DNA of 64,000 nt, from positions 207,322 through 271,321 of the forward strand of contig CAWDRS010000012.1 in NCBI GenBank assembly GCA_963804795.1, given 5' to 3'. This DNA comes from an uncultured Acidobacteriota bacterium. Lineage in GTDB: Bacteria > Acidobacteriota > Vicinamibacteria > Vicinamibacterales > 2-12-FULL-66-21. Below the pieces are notes generated by a model. That model had not been told where the DNA came from. It ran no database searches and worked only from the letters and a program-made list of their open reading frames with translations. The translations under genes and the position numbers were made by a program. Position 1 is the first letter of the stretch, and every line of letters begins with the position of its first letter. Below are positions 58,461 to 64,000 of the stretch, one piece after another.

Positions 58461-61400
58461 ATGACTGACTTCGTCCACTTGCATCTGCACTCGGAGTACT
58501 CGCTGCTCGACGGCGCGTGCCGCATCGAGGAGCTCCTCGATCGGGCGGTACAGCTGCAGATGCCGGCGCTCGCCATTACCGAGCACGGGAACATGTTCTC
58601 GTCGGTGATCTTCCACGACCAGGCGCGGAAGCGTGGGATCAACCCGATCCTCGGGTGCGAGGTGTACGTGGCTCCCGGCGATCGGCGGACGAAGAGCGGG
58701 ACGCCGGGCGAAACGGCGAACCATCTCGTGCTGCTCGCGGCGACCAACGAGGGCTACCACAACCTGATCAAGCTCGTCTCGTCCGGCTACACGGAGGGCT
58801 TCTACTACAAGCCGCGGATCGACAAGGACCTGCTCGCACAGCACGCGACGGGACTCATCGGTTTGAGCAGTTGTCTGAAGGGAGAGGTCGCCACCGGGAT
58901 CCGCACCGAGCAGCAGCAGAAGGCGCTCCAGGCGGCTGCCGCCTACCGCGACATCCTCGGCCCCGGCAACTTCTTCCTCGAGATGCAGTATCAGGGGATT
59001 GACGAGCAGAGAATAGTCAACGTCGGCCTCCAGCCGATTGCGAGGGATCTCGGGCTTCCGCTCGTCGTGACCAACGACGTCCACTATCTGCAGAACTCCG
59101 ATTTCAAGCCGCACGATGTGCTGCTGTGCATCGGGACCGGAAAGGCGGTCAGCGACACCGAGCGCCTGCGGTACCACGGCGACCAGTTCTATTTGAAGAC
59201 GGCGGCGGAGATGGCGCAGGTCTTCGGGGAATTCCCGGAGGCGCTCGCCAACACGGTGCGCGTCGCGGAGCGATGCCACGTCGATCTGTCGGGAACGGTG
59301 AACCACCTCCCGAACTTCGACGTGCCTTCCGGGTTCACGCTCGACGAGTACTTCGAGAAGGTCGTCCGCGACGGTTTCGACCAGCGGCTGCCTCGGCTCC
59401 AGGAGCTCGCGGCACGCGGCGTCCTCACGCACACCATCGACGAGTACGCGCGGCGGCTGGCCTACGAAGTCGAGATGATCAAGCAGATGAAGTACCCCGG
59501 GTACTTCCTGATCGTCTGGGACTTCATTCGCTACGCGCGCGAGCGGGGGATTCCGGTCGGGCCCGGACGCGGCTCGGCCGCCGGCAGTTTCGTCGCGTAC
59601 TGTCTCCGAATCACGGACGTCGATCCCATCGCGTACGACCTCATCTTCGAGCGCTTCCTGAACCCCGAGCGCGTCTCGCTGCCCGACATCGACATCGACT
59701 TCTGCGAACGGCGCCGGGGCGAGGTCATCGAATACGTGACCCGCAAGTACGGCCGCGAGAACGTCGCGCAGATCATCACCTTCGGGACCATGAAGGCGCG
59801 TGCCGTCGTGCGCGACGTCGCGCGCGTGATGGACATCCCCTACGCCGACGCCGACAAGGTGGCCAAGGCGGTCCCGCCTGCGCTCGACATGACCCTCGCG
59901 AAAGCGCTCGAGGAGAGCCCATCCCTGAAAGAGATGGTCCAGAAGGACGAGCGAATCAAGGAGCTGATCGCGGTGGCCCAGCGGCTCGAGGGCATGACGC
60001 GCCATGCCTCGGTCCACGCCGCAGGCGTCGTCATCGCACCGAAGCCACTCACCGAGTTCCTCCCGCTCTACAAGAGCCCGAAGGACGAAATCGTCACGCA
60101 GTGGGCGATGAAGGAGGTCGAACGGGTCGGCCTCCTGAAGATGGACTTCCTCGGGCTGAGCACGCTCACGCTCATCCGGGACGCGCTCGACGAGATCAAA
60201 CGCACCGAGAACATCGAGCTCGACATCGATGCGATCCCGCTCGACGACGCCAAGACGTACAAGCTGTTCTGCGACGGCCAGACCTACGGCGTCTTCCAGT
60301 TCGAGAGCTCCGGCATGCGGGAGCTGCTCCGGAAAGCGAAGCCCGAGCGGCTCGACGATTCTGATCGCCCTCAACGCGCTCTACCGCCCGGGCCCGCTCA
60401 AGAGCGGCATGGTGGACGACTTCATCGCGCGAAAACAGGGCAGGACTGAGGTGAAGTACGAGCTGGCGCAGCTCGAGCCCATCCTCTCGGACACGTACGG
60501 CGTCATCGCCTATCAGGAACAGGTCATGCGCATCGCCGCCGTCCTGGCCGGATTCTCGATGGGCCAGTCGGATGTGCTGCGCAAGGCCATGGGCAAGAAG
60601 GACCCGAAGGTCATGGCCAAGCAGCGCGAGGCCTTCACGGCCGGCGCGCGCGCCAAGGGGGTCAACGAGAAGAAGGCGACGAAGATTTTCGACCTGATGG
60701 AATTCTTCGCGGGGTACGGGTTCAACAAGTCTCACTCGACGACGTACGCGTGGATCGCGTACCAGACCGGGTATCTCAAGGCCAACTATCCGCGCCACTT
60801 CATGGCCGCGCTGCTCACGATCGAAGCCGCCAATACCGACAAGCTCGCGACGTACCTCGGCGAGTGCCGTGACCTCGGCGTGCCGATCCTGCCGCCCGAC
60901 ATCAACGCGAGCGAGCTGGCCTTCACCGTCAGCCCCGAAGGCGTCCGGTTCGGCCTCTGCGCGATCAAGAACGTCGGCGAGGGGGCGATCCTGTCGATGA
61001 TCGCGGTCAGGAAGGCACAAGGACCGATCCGATCTCTTTACACGCTTTGTGAGCACGCCGACCTTCGCCTCGTCAACAAGCGCGTGCTGGAGAGCCTGAT
61101 CAAGTCAGGGGCTCTCGATTCGCTGGCCGGCGGCGTCGTGCCCGCCGTGGCGCGCGCCCGGCTATTTGCGGCCGTCGACAAGGCGATCGAACACGGAGGC
61201 CGGCATCAGCGAGACCGCGACAAAGGGCAGCACCAGCTGTTCGGCGACTCGGCCGAGGACGGCCCGGCCGCGCCGGTGCCCCTGCCGGATGCCGCGGCGT
61301 GGCCGGAAGCGCAGCAGCTTGCCTACGAGAAGGAGGCGCTCGGGTTGTACATGAGCGGTCACCCGCTCGAGCGCTTCGCCGAGGAGATGAAGACGTTCGG

Positions 61401-61935
61401 CGCCCGCCGCGTCGGGGAGCTTGCCGCCTCCGAAGCGGATATCTGGGTGGGCGGGATCGTGTCCGGGCTGCGGCCTCTCAAGACGAAGAAGGGCGATCGC
61501 ATGGCGGTCTTCATGCTGGACGACGTGGCGGGGGCAGTGGAGGTGGTCGTCTTCCCCGAAACGTTCGGCAAACACGGATCGCTCATCGAGGCCGACGCGA
61601 TGCTGCTGGTGCGGGGCAAGTTCGAAAAAGACGACGAGTCGGCGCGCCTCGTGGCCACGGAGCTGATGCCCATGGCGGCGCTCAAGGAGCGCACGACGCG
61701 GGAGGTGGCGATTCACCTCTGCGTGCCGACGCACGGCCGGCCCGTCTTCGAGGCCCTGGCGGAGCTCCTCTCCCGTCACCGGGGCGATCGGCGTGTGTAT
61801 CTGGAGCTCGAGGTGCCGGGACCCGAGACGCCCTTGCGGGTGCGCGCCGACGTCGCGCAGCGAGTCAAACCGTCGGAGCGGCTCGTCTCGGAGGTGGAGC
61901 AGTTGTGCGGCGCGGGGAGTGTGGAGCTTCGATGA
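58461..61935 (+). pseudogene. dnaE: DNA polymerase III alpha subunit with a +1 frameshift
   Basis: PHP domain (FVHLHLHSEYSLLDGA) through ...FESSGMRELLRKAKPERLDD in ORF 58461..60449. Continues LIALNALYRPGPLKSGMVDDFI... to the OB-fold and C-terminus in ORF 60229..61935. Extra T at ~60360 (GAT T CTG). Restored length ~1157 aa. Confidence 0.9.
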
Positions 61936-61950
61936 CGAACGGTGACAGAG

Positions 61951-62094
61951 TCGGGATCGGGGATCAGGGATCAGGGATCCCCAACAGTCGGCGGTCGATA
62001 GTCGACAGTCGGCAGTCAACAGTCGAGAGTCGGCAGTCCTTCCACGAAGATTCCGAGGTTTTCCGGATCGCGGATCCCGGATCCCGGATCCCGA
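61951..62094. repeat. Composite structure: 30-bp imperfect inverted repeat of GGGATCN heptamers flanking eight CAGTCGR heptamers
   Basis: Left arm TCGGGATCGGGGATCAGGGATCAGGGATCC (61951..61980). Right arm GGATCGCGGATCCCGGATCCCGGATCCCGA (62065..62094), 26/30 complementary. Core 61985..62040: CAGTCGG CGGTCGA TAGTCGA CAGTCGG CAGTCAA CAGTCGA GAGTCGG CAGTCCT. Confidence 0.8.
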
Positions 62095-62115
62095 CAGCAA
62101 TCCGAAGGATTCCGA

Positions 62116-63126
62116 ATGCCCCCTGACCTGCTGGAGTTCGAGGAACCGATCGGCGTCCTTCTGAAGGAGATCGAGGCGCTCAGCATGCTGCCGCGCACGC
62201 CCGAGCGCGAGCGGTCCATCGAGAGCCTTCAGAAGCGGGCCGATGAGATCCGGACCGAGCTCTACGCCAACCTGACGCCGTGGCAGCGCGTGCTCGTCGC
62301 TCGACATCCGAACCGTCCGAACACGCTCGACTACGTCGAGCGCCTGTTCACCGGCTTCGACGAGCTGCACGGAGACCGCCGGTTCGCCGACGACCACGCC
62401 ATCGTGTGTGGGTTCGGGGACTATCGTGGAAGCAATGTCGCCGTCATCGGCCACCAGAAGGGGCGCGACACCAAGCAGAAGATCTTCCGGAACTTCGGGT
62501 ATGCGCGGCCCGAGGGATACCGCAAGGCCCTTCGCGTGATGCAGCTGGCCGAAAAGTTCCGGCGGCCGATCGTCGTCTTCATCGACACGCCTGCGGCGTA
62601 TCCGGGGATCGAATCCGAGGAGCGTGGCGTCGCCGAAGCGATCGCCGTCAACCTCCGCGAGATGAGCATCCTCGAGGTCCCCATCGTCGTCATCGTGTGT
62701 GGGGAAGGAGGGAGCGGCGGCGCGTTGGGAATCGCCGTCGGCGACCGGGTGCTGATGCAGGAGTTCTCGATCTACAGCGTGATTCCGCCGGAGGGCTGCG
62801 CGGCCATTCTGTGGCGCGACGCGGAACGCAAGGTCGAAGCGGCTGCGGCCCTGAAGATTACCGCGCCGGATTTGCTGAAGCTCGGTTTGATCGACGCGAT
62901 CGTGCCCGAGCCGACCGGCGGCGCCCACAACGACCACGACCGCGCCACCGCGCTCGTCGATCAGGCGCTGGCCCAGGCGCTCGGCGAGCTCACCGGCCTT
63001 CAGGTCGAGGAGCGTCTCGAGCGGCGGTACCAGAAGTTCCGCCGCATGGGGCAGGAGGGGCAGGCCTTCGTGGACACGGAGGCGGCGCCGCAGCCGCCGA
63101 CGACTGCCAGCTCGAATCGCGAATGA
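62116..63126 (+). CDS. accA: Acetyl-CoA carboxylase carboxyltransferase alpha subunit
   Basis: LEFEEPIGVLLKEIEAL..., ARHPNRPNTLDY, GRDTKQKIFRNFGYARPEGYRKALR, DTPAAYPG, GEGGSGGAL. Confidence 0.95.
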   Translation: MPPDLLEFEEPIGVLLKEIEALSMLPRTPERERSIESLQKRADEIRTELYANLTPWQRVLVARHPNRPNTLDYVERLFTGFDELHGDRRFADDHAIVCGFGDYRGSNVAVIGHQKGRDTKQKIFRNFGYARPEGYRKALRVMQLAEKFRRPIVVFIDTPAAYPGIESEERGVAEAIAVNLREMSILEVPIVVIVCGEGGSGGALGIAVGDRVLMQEFSIYSVIPPEGCAAILWRDAERKVEAAAALKITAPDLLKLGLIDAIVPEPTGGAHNDHDRATALVDQALAQALGELTGLQVEERLERRYQKFRRMGQEGQAFVDTEAAPQPPTTASSNRE

Positions 63127-64000
63127 AGTCCCTCCTCTGGCAGCACCTGCCATGCGACGACGGCCAGGCATCGATCCTGGCGTCGGCCCTCGGGCTGCAT
63201 CCGACGGTCGCGAGACTTCTGTGCCTGCGTGGGTTCTCGGATCCGGAAGCGGCGAGCCGATTCCTGAACCCGTCACTCGAGCAGCTGCACGATCCCTTCA
63301 GGCTTGCGGACATGGACCGGGCGGTCGTCCGTCTCGAGCAGGCGCTCGCACGCAAGGAACGGATTGCGATTCACGGCGACTACGACGTGGACGGCATTAC
63401 GTCGACCGTCATCCTGCGCCGAACGCTGGAGCTCCTCGGCGGCACGGTCAGCCACTTCATTCCCGAACGGTTGAAGGACGGCTACGGGCTTCAGCCGGCG
63501 GCCATCGACCGTCTGCACGCCGACGGCGTGTCCGTCGTGGTGTCGGTGGACTGCGGAATTCGGGGCGCGGACGCGGCGCGACGCGCGCGCGAGCTCGGCG
63601 TCGATCTCATCATCACGGATCACCACGAGCCGGACACCGAGCTGCCAGCTGCCCTGGCGGTCATCAACCCGAAGCGTCATGACTGCACGTATCCCGACAA
63701 GTACCTCGCGGGTGTCGGCGTGGCGCTGAAGCTCGTGCAGGCGTTATGCGATCGGGCCGGCAAGGGGCGGTGGCTCCCGGCGTTCGTCAAGGTCGCTGCG
63801 ATCGGGACGCTGGCGGACGTCGTGCCGCTCGTCGGCGAGAACCGCGTCATCGCCAGGCTCGGCCTGGCATCCCTCAGCAAGGGGCCGCACACGATCGGGT
63901 TGCGGGCGCTGCTCGAAGCCACGGGGCTGTCCGGGAAGACGATCGACAGCTATCAGGTCGCGTTCATGATTGCGCCGCGCGTGAATGCCGCTGGCCGGAT
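63123..64000 (+). CDS. recJ: Single-stranded-DNA-specific exonuclease RecJ, 3' end outside window
   Basis: Not in the ORF track because there is no stop inside the window. ATG 63123 overlaps the accA stop (ATGA). My translation: MKSLLWQHLPCDD...IAIHGDYDVDGITSTVIL...VSVDCGI...LIITDHHEP...GVGVALKL...APRVNAAGR (DHH motifs I-IV). Confidence 0.9.
   Translation, partial: MKSLLWQHLPCDDGQASILASALGLHPTVARLLCLRGFSDPEAASRFLNPSLEQLHDPFRLADMDRAVVRLEQALARKERIAIHGDYDVDGITSTVILRRTLELLGGTVSHFIPERLKDGYGLQPAAIDRLHADGVSVVVSVDCGIRGADAARRARELGVDLIITDHHEPDTELPAALAVINPKRHDCTYPDKYLAGVGVALKLVQALCDRAGKGRWLPAFVKVAAIGTLADVVPLVGENRVIARLGLASLSKGPHTIGLRALLEATGLSGKTIDSYQVAFMIAPRVNAAGR

Noticed and set aside
60351-60366. Programmed ribosomal frameshifting at the dnaE break, and likewise at the other breaks.
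   Set aside because: No X XXY YYZ slippery site, no stimulatory hairpin or pseudoknot is seen, and no family precedent exists (programmed shifting is known for dnaX, not dnaE). Eleven independent sites make recoding implausible.

Overview
GC-rich (roughly two-thirds G+C by eye, not computed) bacterial chromosomal segment. Gene content fits Acidobacteriota best: two ADOP-type orphan FtsX permeases, an Asp-box/BNR protein and a Tat-TldD/PmbA pair. About 50 protein genes, mostly housekeeping or metabolic: mmsA, adk, sulfate ABC transporter sbp-cysTWA, apt, acylphosphatase, agmatinase plus deoxyhypusine-synthase-like gene, mutS, tsaB-rimI, psd-pssA, guaA, dnaE, accA and recJ. Regulators: a GntR/LacI hybrid, an MmyB-like regulator, a TPR-GAF sigma54 activator, an NtrY-like kinase and a PilZ protein. 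One tRNA-Arg(CCT). I found no rRNA, CRISPR array, transposase, integrase, prophage or recognisable defence/toxin system, so I cannot nominate a convincing new multi-gene system. Four things stand out. (1) Eleven single-nucleotide indels (nine +1, two -1) break otherwise full-length conserved genes between 17.3 and 60.4 kb, including dnaE, tsaB and mutS; none occur in the first 17 kb. (2) The intergenic repeat repertoire is unusually rich: a 169-bp dispersed repeat, an 82-bp MITE-like element whose inverted copies bracket an ADOP permease gene, GC hairpins with TTCA/GAA loops, and tandem heptanucleotide arrays that bracket dnaE on both sides. (3) There are gene relics: an LDH/MDH N-terminal stub, an OmpA-C fragment with an in-frame TGA, and a heavily decayed GxxExxY gene bounded by 27-bp inverted repeats. 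(4) Several protein architectures are odd: a ThuA domain split by EF-hands, a uricase-fold protein lacking the catalytic Lys/Thr/His, and an HExxH-PD40-beta-barrel protein translationally coupled to mutS. All calls rest on reading the supplied translations and DNA by eye; no database search was run.
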